A stretch of DNA of 64,000 nucleotides from Selaginella moellendorffii (taxonomy: Eukaryota > Plantae > Lycopodiophyta): the NCBI RefSeq assembly GCF_000143415.4, contig NW_003314268.1, forward strand, positions 3,418,559 through 3,482,558, in the 5' to 3' direction. Shown here piece by piece: positions 50,696 through 62,874 of the stretch (position 1 is its first letter; each line of letters begins with the position of its first letter). The translations under genes were made by a program, and so were the position numbers. Below the pieces are notes generated by a model. The model did no database searches, was not told the origin of the DNA, and saw only the letters and a list, made by a program, of their open reading frames with translations.

Positions 50696-50914
50696 TTGAC
50701 AAAAGCAACCCTATGACGTAACGCCCTAAACATAAGCATTTAATATCACGTGGCATTCGTTGTTGGAAAATGTATCTCGCAGCTCGACTGGCGGCTCTAC
50801 TTCGCAGGAGTGAGCTACGATCCGGAAGATCGAAGCTCTCTGGCGATCTGGTGGAGTTTTTCCGGTGCCAATCCAGGGGCCGAGTTCATCTTATGTGTCT
50901 TCATTCTCTTTTTT

Positions 50915-51143
50915 CAAGCCTCTATTGGAGGCAATGGAACGGCAAAGCGTGTCCGTTGCAAAAGCTGGTCTTGTTGGGCGACAGCTCCTGTTCTTGCTGC
51001 CGCCAATTGTTGGCATCACTTCTTACAGTCGAGCAAAACGGTCAATGAGAACCTCAAGATGAGCTTGCGCTTCGATCTCGTCTTTATTCCTCTGGACAAG
51101 CCCGATGAGGTTTTAGATCGACGGCTATCAGAACACATTATGG
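50915..51143 (+). pseudogene. MCM8-like helicase fragment
   Basis: [59 protein letters not shown], with deletions and a frameshift. Confidence 0.8.
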
Positions 51144-51564
51144 GGATCGTACACTGCCCCGACGATACCATCTTGCGCATCATCCGCAAAGAATCCGCGT
51201 CCATGACGAATCGAGAGAAGAGAAGCTCCTGGAACGGCGCTTCACCGCCTTGGTCGATCCATCGCTCTTGCGTTCCAGCGATCGTTAGGTGATCGGCAAG
51301 AAAGAAGAAAAGAAAGAATTTCCATGAAGAAATAATGTTGAACTAGCTGAATGTTAGTGAAGCTCTTTCTTTTCGTTCTGAGAAGAAGAAAAGCGTCAAA
51401 GAATGAAGAGAAACGAGACTGAGATACTTGCGCTATGAAGACAAAAAATCAAAATATGAGAAAAAAAATCAGCTTGCCTGAGAAAATCGATTACGTATGT
51501 ATACAAGTCGCGATGATGCTGAAGTGTACATTCTATATCTTAGCAAATTTAATATATGCGTAAC

Positions 51565-51633
51565 GTGAGCGTGCCGGAGTGGTTATCGGGCATGGCTGCT
51601 CTGCCCGCGCAGGTTCGAATCCTGCCGCTCACG
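51565..51633 (+). pseudogene. tRNA-Ser-derived pseudogene lacking the anticodon
   Basis: GTGAGCGTGCCGGAGTGGTTATCGGGCATGGCT-GCTCTGCCCGCGCAGGTTCGAATCCTGCCGCTCACG; acceptor stem and A/B boxes intact, anticodon loop and 3' stem deleted. Confidence 0.85.
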
Positions 51634-51689
51634 AAAAAATTTCTCTGCGTAGATTCTTGAAATATTCGGTTTTAATCAAACCCCTAAAT

Positions 51690-51739
51690 ATGAGCGTGCC
51701 GGTTATCGGTCCGCGCAGGTTCGAATCCTGCCGCTCGCG
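51690..51739 (+). pseudogene. Second, shorter tRNA-Ser remnant
   Basis: atgagcgtgccggttatcggtccgcgcaggttcgaatcctgccgctcgcg. Confidence 0.8.
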
Positions 51740-51862
51740 ATTCTTTCAATTTTATTCGACTAAATTTTTCGCGGTTCACAAAATCTTCGAGTGTTGAGCC
51801 TAGCATCGATCAAAAAGCTCGGGGGTTGAGGATCGGGCTGCGATGGAGGAGTGTTACCTTCA

Positions 51863-53569
51863 TCAAATCAAGCGTCGCCGTGTTGAGCGCAGCTTTCCTA
51901 GCAGCCCTGTCGTCGCCTGTTCTTCTTCTTGCTCCTCTTTTTCCGGCTCACTGGTTGGAGAACCAGCCTTGGCCCAGGCCGCAAACTCCGGTGACGCGAG
52001 CAACCTCTTCAGTGCCTCGTTGGTCGAAGGACTTCCAGTGGGAGTAACCGAGCGACCTCTCGAACTTCCGGGGCTTCTACCGTCCTGCCGACCTCTGGAA
52101 CTTCCGGGACTTCTACCATCCTGCCGACCTCGTGGAGTTCTTGGTTTCTCTGCAGTCGCACGTCTTAAATAGAGCTCGCGAGTTGAACAGACCCTACTTA
52201 CCGTGATCAACACCGTGGCCTGCAGGTTGGTTTCTTCCGGTAATGCCTGCGGTCGTGAACATTATGTCTGCAAACCAGGATGCAAGCCAGCCTAGTGGGA
52301 TTATCGGTATGACCATGGGGAGGGGTGCGCTCTGTACAGACAAAGTCAGAAGGGACAACCGACAGCGCGGATACGACCTGAGAAAGCGCGACCGTCCCGG
52401 CCATTCGTATGGCCCATGTAACAAAGTAAACAGTTCCAATATCAACTTCCCCGTCTGGAGTTAAAACGAACTTGCGGACTGCACAGTAGCCGAGCCAGGC
52501 GCCAAATAGAAACACTCCCAGGATAGAGAACAAAAACACCTATATGGAAACAAGAATGAAACAACGACAAGTCAGGACCGCGCCAAAGGCTTACCGCGCG
52601 CCACATTCCTTCAAATATCTCATATCTGAGGATGAAGAGGAAGAAAGCGCCGCCATATATTGTTCGAATTGAGCTGAAGCTCCACTGTTGAGCGTAAGCT
52701 TTTGTCAGCTTGTAAACTTAACAGTATGCTTACCAGAAACGCAGTTCCAGACCGTCTCGTAGCCTTAAACACAGAGTTACATCAAAACTTTCAAGAAACT
52801 CGCAAACGGTACCTGCTGGAAAATGAAGAACACAACAAAAAATATGCTGATGCTCATCGCGCTGGTGTAATATAGCGGAACCCATGAACTGAGTATCGTC
52901 GACAGAAGCAGCAACGCCATCCCAAGTATAAGAAAGACTACTCGAGCGGTATGGAACTCTGACCATGCTACAACTGTTACAAGCAAAAAGAAATAAAAAT
53001 GTAGGCTGACCTTCGGTCGCTGTAACACGGACGAGATTCCGTGACTCCGCCAGTTTGATGTCCAAGAAATAGGATTCAACTGTTGTATAGCGCCCAGTCC
53101 AGAGAGATCGATTCTTCGCAGGCGTCAAGTTTCCGTATGGGCATCGGCAGATATCCGAGTCATTGCCCCCCCTACAAAGAGAATGTTCTGTTAGCATTTG
53201 ATCGATGATACGTAGAAATCCCACGTACCACACTGCGCATGCTCCTTTGATTGTGGGAAAGTACGTAGCGTTGACCTCTTCTAGCTTTATAATCCTGGAC
53301 TTGGCGAAATCCAGCATCTGTTTCGAGTGTCCGAGAACGCGTAAGCGAGCGCAGTACGCCTTGCTTCTATTCTCCTCAAACGAAGAGCAGTTCGCGGACG
53401 TGAGGTAAAGAGGCGAATCGACTATGAGCTCTCGAAAACCTGACACTACACACGCACAAAGAAATAAGACAGAGTGCCCATTCATCTGAGAAGAAAGCAA
53501 ACCTGGCTCAGCCGCCGACGAGAACAAGCTCGCGAGTACGATAGCGAGGAAGAACGACCAGGTTCCCAT
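51863..53569 (-). CDS. NEMP / DUF2215 nuclear envelope integral membrane protein, multi-exon
   Basis: Signal peptide; LSSWVPLYYTSAMSI; GAWLGYCAVRKFVLTPDGEVDIGTVYFVTWAIR; C-terminal TNEALKRLLASPEFAAW. Confidence 0.8.
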
Positions 53570-53660
53570 GGCGTATACAGGGAGTCGTCGAAAGGTCCTT
53601 GATTTCACGCGATTCAAGCTGCGACAGACGGAGAATCGTGAGAAAACTTCCAAGATTCTG

Positions 53661-53726
53661 GAGATTATGAACCGCAGAGCCGATGCTTGTGCGGAGATTA
53701 TGAACCGGAGAGGCGATGCTTGTGCC
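53661..53726. repeat. 33-bp tandem duplication in the NEMP/SUD1 bidirectional intergenic region
   Basis: gagattatgaaccgcagagccgatgcttgtgc x2 (imperfect). Confidence 0.85.
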
Positions 53727-54055
53727 GCAGTGACACAATCGGATCTAAGAGGACGCCGGTATCGACAAGGCCGCGATCATCGATCAGAGAAGCGCTGCAT
53801 TTGGAAGAAATCACACATACCAGGGCAGCGCCATCGCTAGCGCCATCGCCTTGTCTAGCTCAATCGCCAATCCACTACACTGAAAACCCTATCGAAGCGC
53901 ATGCAAATGTGTAGAAGGCGGGCTATTCAAATGCAAGTAAAAGAAAGATGCGACAGACGTTAAAGAAGATTCCGCCATTGTCCGTCAGGCAAATTTAAGG
54001 AATATTCTCTCTTAGCTAGGGTTTGGAGAAATCGATCGAGCTGCCCGAGAAGGAG

Positions 54056-57000
54056 ATGGAGATGGAGATCGAGAGCAGCGCTTCTCGGATTGAAGCTGAG
54101 AATCGCGGCGCTGGCGCCGCCGCGGCTGAGGATGAGGAGGATGTCTGCCGGATTTGCAGGACATCGGGCGAGGATGGATCGCCACTCTACTATCCTTGCG
54201 CTTGCAGCGGCAGCATCAAGTACGTGCATCAAGAGTGCCTGTTGCAGTGGCTCAATCACAGCAATGCCAAGCAATGCGAGGTTTGTGTCTAGCCTAGAAG
54301 AAGAAGAGAAATTTCTTCCAAGTCACAAGATTTATCGCGTTCTTCACAGGTTTGCAAGCACCAGTTCTCTTTCTCCCCGGTCTATGCCGAGGACGCTCCA
54401 ACGCGCCTCCCAGTGACCGAGCTCGTCTATGGCATGGTCGCCAAGGCCGGGAGGGGCCTGCGATTCTTCTCCAGGCTCGTGCTCGTCTTGTCGGTGTGGC
54501 TGCTCTTCATCCCTTTCACCACCTTCTGGATTTGGAGGATGACTTTCGTGAGAGGCCTCGGTGATGCCCAGAAGCTCTTCGTCACCCGCTTCCTCACGCC
54601 GGCCTTCCTCTTCGCCGACTGCTTGAATGGCTTCCTCATCTCGGCCGGGATCGTCTTTATATTTCTTGGAGCAACGTCGCTGCGAGAGTACTTTAGACAC
54701 ATCCGGGAGGTGGCTGGCCAGGAGGCTGATAGGCAGCAGCAAGCTCCTCCCGCGAACGGCGATGGCGGTGCTGGGCAGGGACAGGGACTAGCCGCTGGAG
54801 CTGGCGAGATCATCAGGAGGAACGCTGAGAACGTCGCAGCGCGGATAGAAGCTCACGTGGAACAGATGTTTGAAGCCGACGATCCAGATGGTGCTGAGGA
54901 TGTTCCTTTCGACGAGCTCGTTGGAATGCAGGGACCGATCCACCATTTGATCGAGAATGCGGTCACTGTAAGTTGTTTCTTCTAGTCCAAGCTCTCCTTT
55001 GCTTACACTTCTTTTGTTTCTTCTTCTTCAGGTTCTAGCAAGCAATGCCATTTTCCTGGGAATAGTTGCGTTTGTTCCGTTTACCATCGGCCGTATCTTT
55101 CTCTCGGTATTAAATCTTGGCAAAGCTCCTGCTCGCTCAGAAGGACCAGTGGAGGTTGTGGCCAAGGCTGTTGCGGTTTACGATGCTATGGCCGAGGTGT
55201 TCGTAACTGCGATCCAGCTCTCCGACGCAGCAACCGTTGCGGTTGGCTATGGAGTCATCTTTCTTCTGCTGAGCTTCTATCTCGGCTTGATACTTCTCGT
55301 CCGCTATGGAAGGGGTGAGCCACTTATGGTCGGACGAATTCGCGGGGTGGTGTCAGTAGCCGAGGCTGCCCCTTCTTTGTTCCGACATATTATCGGTTGC
55401 GTGAGGTATGTGGCGACGATGCTCAAGGTTGCTTTCCTTCTGGTCATCGAGCTCGGCGTCTTTCCTTTGGTTTGCGGATGGTGGCTCGACGTTTGCACCT
55501 TGGCTATGCTAAAGGTGTCCTTTGCACAGCGAGTTGCATTCTTCTGGGCCTCACCCCTTACCAGCTCTCTTCTGCATTGGCTGGTCGGCATATTTTACAT
55601 GCTACAGATAAGCATTTTTGTGAGCTTGTTGCGCGAGGTGAGTTGCTATTTTTTCCGGGTTTTCTAGTTCATGCTAATGGTTTTAAGTTTCAGGTTCTCC
55701 GCCCTGGGGTCCTATATTTCTTGCGTGACCCGGCGGATCCAAATTACAATCCTTTCCGCGACTTGATTGACGATCCGCTTCATAAGCACGCTAGAAGAGT
55801 ACTTCTCTCTGTGGTCGTGTATGGAAGCTTGATTGTTTTACTGGTGTTTGTTCCGGTTCAAGTGGCCACGCATTTAGCTTTTTCCGTTTTTCCTCTGGAC
55901 ATAAGGTAAAGCTGTATCATAAGTTTGATCTATCTTCAACTGAACGCTATTCTCCTGCAGAGTGTCGGATCCGTTTACTGAGCTCCCTGCCGACATGCTC
56001 TTGTTTCACATATGCATACCGTTCGCTCTCGAACACTTCCGCCCAAGAGCGACCATCAAGGCTGTTCTATTCTACTGGTTTTCAGTTGTGGGCAAGGCTC
56101 TCGATCTTTACGAGTACCTCCTTCCTCGTCCGGAGGACACAAATAGAGGAAATGGGAATGCCGTTGCTGAACAAGCCGCACCACCACCAGCTGCTAATGG
56201 CGAAACCAACGCCGACGAGGAAAGATTAGACACTGGAGAGTAAGTATTTCTCATTATCTACGTTGGCAGGATTCATTTCGATAAACTGCTGTTACCAGGT
56301 ACAAGTTCGCGGTGCGCATTGTTTTGCTTCTGCTCGGGGCGTGGTTGACGATGCTGGTTTTCAACTCGTCCTTGATTGTCCTTCCGGTTTCCGTTGGGCG
56401 TGCCATTGTCACCTCGTTCTCTCGCCTTCCAATCACGAGGGGTGCAAACTGCAATGGTATGTCGCACAGCTCCGGTAAAATGAGAAATCTAACATTTCCT
56501 TATTTCAGATCTCTATGCGTTTAATATCGGCTGTTTCGTCATCTGGGCGGCAGCTGCAGCGGTCCGTTACATAGTAAACTATTTGAGGACGCATGACATG
56601 TGGGTTCTTTTCATGCAAGTTCTCAAGTGGTCAGCCATTGTGTCGAAGAGCGTTGTGCTCCTCTCGCTATGGGTAAGTTTTGTTTCTATTGTTCTTGTTT
56701 CTTCTCATGACTTGTCGATGATCAGGTGATTGTCATTCCCGTTCTTATTGGTTTGCTGTTTGAGCTTCTGGTGGTGGTGCCACTGCGAGTGCCTGTGGAT
56801 GAAAGCCCCGTCTTCTTGCTGTATCAAGACTGGGCTCTCGGACTCGTCCTCTTGAAAATCTGGACTCGACTGGTACGCTATATTTGTGCTCTCTCCTTTC
56901 TCACTCCACTGATGCCTTTGCGCTCTTTGTTCTATACCACAGGCAATGGCAGGCCAGGCGACGCTCCTCACGGACGAGAGCTGGAGGCGAAAGTTCGAGC

Positions 57001-57434
57001 AAGTGAAAGCCGATGGATTCTCCCGGCTCCGCGGGTGGTGGGTTTTCCAGGAGATTGTAGCTCCGGTGCTGGTGAAGCTCCTGACGGCTCTCAGCATCCC
57101 ATATGTCGCTGCTCGGGGACTGTTTCCAGCGCTGGGCCTCTCCATCCTCATCAACTCGGCAGTCTATCGGTTCGCGTGGGCCGGGTCGCTGATGCTGCTA
57201 ACTGGCTGGTATGGGCTGAGGCAGCTGAGGCAATTGTTTCTCGACGTCCACAACGCGATCAGGGATGACAGGTATCTCATTGGCAAGAGGCTCCACAACT
57301 ATGGCGAGCCTTCGAAAGCGCTAGTGGCGGCGGAGGAAGAGAAAGGTGGCTCCTCGGATGGGGAAGCTACTGCGGACGGGGCCGGGGCCGCTAGTCCTAT
57401 TGCTACCGCGGATCAAGCTTTGAGGCAGGAATAG
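54056..57434 (+). CDS. SUD1: ERAD E3 ubiquitin ligase SUD1/CER9 (Doa10/MARCH6 family), multi-exon
   Basis: RING-CH CRICR...YPCACSGSIKYVHQECLLQWLNHSNAKQCEVC; DGAEDVPFDELVGMQGP; LRPGVLYFLRDPADPNYNPFRDL; HNAIRDDRYLIGKRLHNYG. Confidence 0.95.
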
Positions 57435-57899
57435 CGAGGATCATTGTTTGTATACTCGGAAGTAAAGCAGTGTGTAAATTATTATAGAAAAGATGATGAA
57501 ACAGGAGCACCCCCGAGCAGTTTTTCCATCCCAGATTACTTCTTGCAACAAAGGAGGCTGATGCATAGCTATATTGAATTATTTAGAACTTCCCATCGAA
57601 TCAAGAAAAGCCTTTATGTCGGAGTAGGCAACAGCGTTTCAAATACGATGCAACTCAATTGCTCAAGTTTGTGGCTGATGCAAAGCAACAAAGAGCATAA
57701 GAAGAAAAGATTTGAGCACTGTCTTTGGCTGGAAACCAAAATTTCTAGTAAAAAGAGAAAGAGAGAAAAATTAACGAAAGAACCAAGCAAGCTTTTGAAC
57801 TTCCTTCAAGTCTGGTGCCTCCACCTTCGACCAGCACTTGGAATCGACTCCGAAGTGCATCATACGCCAACAGAAGGAAGCAGAAGGTAGGTCTCAACA

Positions 57900-58383
57900 C
57901 TAAGTTGGTATGCCATCCCACATTTTATATGTTGGTCTCCATGCAAAGTATCTCTCCCGCATGCACGCACTGACCACTCGCCATAGATGTAAAGCGCATG
58001 CGATCCTGTCAACGCAAAACCCTCTCATGCACGTATAGTTGCTGACCCTTCGGGGAGGAGTTGAGATCGCTGTAGCACCAGACGTAAATGGAGGAGGGCC
58101 GCTCAAAGACCAAAGGTGGCAAGGGCACTGGCGATGATCATGTCCCCGGGGTGGAAGAAGTGCCACTCACTGCGCTGGGAATTCTCAGCCGGCTTGACAA
58201 AGAGGGATTGGGCGACCCTGAGGTGGGAGTGAGCGTATCATTGATTGTTCGTCGCCATTCACGGCACACACACCTCACCTGACACAGATCTATCGCGGAC
58301 AACGAGCTCCAGCTCCGCCATGAACTCTCCGCTGGCAATGGCTCCTCTTTGGTGAGTATGGAAGAAACATTCCCTATGCTCAA
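57900..58383 (-). pseudogene. F-box gene fragment
   Basis: LPAE...LSAIDLCQVRCVCREWRRTI F-box motif followed by broken frames. Confidence 0.55.
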
Positions 58384-58593
58384 CGGTAATTCGATCGAGC
58401 CTGGCAGACTTTCGAGCTTGGGAGAGAATGCTCGCAGTAGAGGGCAAATGCATCACACGAACCAAGTCTATTACGAGATGCGACAACGGAGAATCATTCC
58501 GCGACTGCCCTAGAGATCTTTGTCCGCCAGAGTGAAGAGGTGGATTGCCTGGACAATTTTGGTCAGCAATTTGGTCAGTAAAAGATCCCTTTT

Positions 58594-59150
58594 ACAACAC
58601 TCTCATGCTAACTTCCCTCACCATTCTCTACCCCGAGAGAAAGCTCGAGATCAGGAGCCCCAAACAGTAATGCGCCTCTGACTTTGTCCCGGATCGCCGA
58701 TGCATATCAGAGGTGTCTTGGTACGTAGATTCTCGATGTGTTGTTCCTAGATGTGTCTGCCTCCAATTGCCCTTGCCTGCACCGGCATTCAGAGAAAGAT
58801 CGCGGCAATATTATGTTCTAATCAAGGTGGAGTATTCCAAGGTGGTGCAGCTTATTCTGTATGCTCCTTGCTTATCTTGGGCTGCTGCTGCACATGTCTG
58901 TTCAGACTGCAAAATAACCGAAACCCATCTCGCAGAGATTTCGAGGCAAGACACGTCTACTCGTACAAGGGGTTGCTGCAACCCACCCAAGGCTTCAACG
59001 AGGGGTTCAAGTTGGGAAGCGGTGGATTACTTGCAAGACGGCACCGTGGTTGCCATCACACGCAGCAAAAGCTCCGCCAACTTTGGAGCCCTGGACGAGC
59101 AGCAGTTCCTTAACGAGACCACCACTCTCTCCAAGGGTGTCCATGAGATC
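58594..59150 (+). pseudogene. Deletion-riddled copy of a WAK-like kinase gene
   Basis: Collinear with ~63043-63860 (DFEARHVYSYK, QGFNEGFKLGSGG, QDGTVVAI). Confidence 0.88.
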
Positions 59151-59153
59151 TCT

Positions 59154-59937
59154 GACTTGTATACAAACAATCATTCCTGCCTTGAAGCTTGATCCGCGGG
59201 AGCAATAGGACTAACAGCCCCGGCCCCGGCCGTTCCCCATCCGAGAAGCCACGTTTCTCTTCCTCGGCGCTTTCGAAGGCTTCCCGCGGAGCCGGGATAA
59301 TCCATCGGCAGCGTTGCCTGGCCTGCCATTGCTTGTGGTATAGAACAGAAAGCATCAGTGGAGTGGGCTTTCATCCACAGGTACTCGCAGTGCCACCACC
59401 ACCAGAAGCTCAAACAGCAAACCAATAAGAACGGGAATGACAATCACCTGATCGTCGACAAGTCATGAGAACAAGTTGTAGCACCCATAGCGAGAGGACG
59501 GAGGAGGACACTCTTCAACACAATGGCTGACCACTTGAGAACTTATGCGACCTCAAATAGTTACTATGGACGGCTGCAGCTGCCGCCCAGATGACGAGCA
59601 GCCGATATTAAACGCATACAGATCTGACAGAAGATTCTCATTTTACCGGAGCTGTGTGACATGCCATTGTAGTGTGCACCCCTCGTGATTGGAAGGCGAG
59701 ATAACGAAGTGACAATGGCACGCCCAACGGAGACCGGAAGGACAATCAAGAACGAGTTGAAAACCAGCATGATCAACCACGCCCCTAGTACACCGCAAAC
59801 TTGTACCTGGTAAGTAGCTTATCGAAATAAATATTGCCAACGTAGATAATGAGAAATACTTACTCTCCAGTGTGTAATCTTTCCTCATTGGCGTTGGTTT
59901 CGCCATTAGCAGGTGCGGCTTGTTCAGCGACGGCATT
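59154..59937 (-). pseudogene. Inverted, deletion-riddled copy of the SUD1 3' half including introns
   Basis: Reverse complement collinear with ~56158-57455. Confidence 0.92.
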
Positions 59938-60539
59938 AGGAGAAGGAAAGAATAGCAAAAAAAAAAATGGCAAACCTTATGCGACTTGCATGGCGTGGTG
60001 AGGATCCATGCGAAGAGCTGTGGAACCAACCTATGAAAACGAAAAAGAATCTTTAAGTATGTAATGTGGAACAAACCTTGAGCATGTTGACAGGGTTAAG
60101 TCCCGTTGGACGATTTGTGAAACATCGAGGACTTTCAGAGAACCGCTCTTGAGCGCCTTCTGAGGAAAGCTGTCTAGAGAAGCACGCAAAACTTCATACC
60201 AGAAGATGTGAAGGTGAGAAAAAAGCTTTCCAAAAACCTTATTGCCTGCCTATTCTATTAGTGGTTTTCTTGCTTAATTAATATCACAGGATTTGACAAT
60301 TGAAATTCCAAAGAATAGATTTCAAATAAAAACTCCTATTTACGACCCTCTTGTTCTATCAAATCAATGTTTTGTTTCTTGATCTTACCAATTGCAATCT
60401 TATATTATTGAAGTTGTGGCATAATTTATCAATTATGGATGTTAAGCAAGTAAGAAGGAAGAAATATTGTCACTCTTTAGAGGTATGAGTTCATAAAAGT
60501 CTAAAATAAATTTCAATTTGTTTCTTGAAAGACTATCTA

Positions 60540-61500
60540 AGTGATTGTTTATTAAAGATACTAGGATTTGAAGGGTTATTTTGGTAGAGACTAATCTTGT
60601 TATTGCCTGAAATAAGAATATCATCTGAAAAAATAGCAAATAAGTAAAGTGTAGGGTATTATTGCATAACAAGTTAAATTGTAATTTTATAAATGAATTA
60701 ATATTAATTCTAGCAAGTTTTGTATCAAATAGTCTTCTATTAATCAAATGCAAATTGGAGCAATTGATGAAAGCCATATACAAATTATTTTACCAAAAGA
60801 GCTATAATAATATTTTAACAAGAAAGGGTTTTACTCTGTTATTTTATAGATTATGGTTTTTGCAAGATGTTTGATTTGGGATTTAAATTTTAGATGGGCT
60901 GGTAGTTGTTACAATTAGTTAGTTTTCATAAATATGTTGTTGGTTTAAGGATTATGCAAGGACACCTTAGGAAATATATATCAATAAAAGATGCAACTTA
61001 TCCACCAATATATGTTTAGTCTATATAAGGGATTGAAAGATGGGTTAAGCATATATGCCAACAAAATTAGAACTTCATTCAATCAAATATAGGAAGAAAG
61101 AGATTTTTGCATGTTAAAATCAAGTAATTTTATTTTATATTATAACTAATAAAAGATGACTTTTGTTAAGTCCCAAATTCTTCTGAAACAAAATAATTCA
61201 AGACTTGATAATATCAAAGATCACATCACTGTACATTATATCTTATGTAAAAATTATGGTGATAGTTTTGATCTTTCATGGATTGATTAAGCTAAAGAGG
61301 AGTTGATGAGATTGATTCAATATGAAAAAGAGGCATTATAATGTATTCAATCATTTGAAGTAGAAGTTCTAAAAAATCAATTGTGCAACAACATATGAAT
61401 TACATTAAATCAAAGCAATAAATCAAGATGTTAAGAGACAAATTACAATATGCACTAGATAGTTTTGATCAATTTAAAGCTAGTGAAGAAGTATTAAAAA
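60540..61500 (+). mobile_element. Degraded PIF/Harbinger (HARBI1-like) transposase
   Basis: IGAIDESHI (~60754), NKKGFYSVIL, WAGSCYN and KDATYP correspond to the GAIDGTHI / RKGFYS / WPGSxHD / GDxAYP motifs. Confidence 0.65.
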
Positions 61501-62874
61501 ATATTGAATGTTGTGATGCTCAAGCATAAATGTTATTTAAAATTTAAACAAAGCAATTTGTTTATGATCAATTTTTAGGAGAATTTATTCTTCAGAAGAT
61601 AAAGATTAAATTAGTTTTTAATAAATTAAAAAGGCAAATAAAATATTTCAAAGCATATTCACTATAGTATTAAAGGAAGCTTGTATAACTTTCATAATTT
61701 GAAAATGCTACTCTATGTGATTGATGATTTTTTCTTTTATATTCTTGATAATCTCAATCATATTATTCATTATATAATGATAATATTCATTATCATTTTC
61801 CATCTTCACCTTTTTGTATTAAGTATTTAATCCTTTTGTGTTGTCCAACTTTATGTAATCAGTAACAATTTTATGTTTACCATCTTCAATAGCTTTTTAA
61901 TAAAGTTAATATAGATAGTTTTCTTCATTTGAGGTTTATTTGAGAAAAACTCATTTATGGTATTATAAAATTTATATTTTCATATATATATATATTTATA
62001 AAGAATAATAAATATATACATTATATATATATTCATAGAGAGAGAGGAAAGAAATATTGTTAAAGGGAAAAAAATTACCTATTATTTCCAAAAATATTAT
62101 TGTGAGTTTTGTTTTACATACAATCCTTTTACATTTTGTTTTCATTTGTTATTACAAGGTATAAAGTCTTTGTCAAAGTTTAGATAAACATTATACCAAT
62201 TTAGGATAAATAAGATTTTTGAATTCATTTCTATCTTAGATTTAATTATAACACTCAATGATTTTTCCATTTAACCCATTTCCCTTTTTCATTATTAATT
62301 TCTTCTTTTTTACCTTCTCTTGCACTACCTTTCTTTTCTTTTTTGGCCTAATTTTTTTTAATTGTTGGATGCTTTAAAATTGAATGTCTTGGAGTTTGGA
62401 TACATTAAAATTAGGTAATTTATAATTTTAAATTTTAAAATTAAATGGATTAAAGTTTAAAACAGAAAATAAAGAGACATAAGGGGATTAAAGAAAATGA
62501 TGTTGAATTAAAGAAAAATATATTTATTTAAAATGAGTTTGAAATGGAAGATGAAACATACTTTATAGTGGATATTTCATATAACATTTTGATTTTTATG
62601 AAATTTTCCTGCCATTTTCCCACTAAGCTTAAAAAACATAAATATAATTTTGAATTTATTTAGGGCAAAATAAAATCTGTCCCCAGTTAGAGAAACTATA
62701 TTTATTAAAAAAACCCAAAATGCTACCTTTTCTAGGTAATGAGTGGAAAAGCCAAAAAACTAATATAAGTAGAATTATATATAATTTTTTTTAACACTGA
62801 CAGGTTCAGCACACACATGACACCGTGCCTATCACGGCTCAAAGTCATCTACATTCTCAAAAAACGGGAAGAGA

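Noticed and set aside
51565-51633. Functional tRNA
   Set aside because: Anticodon loop is absent.
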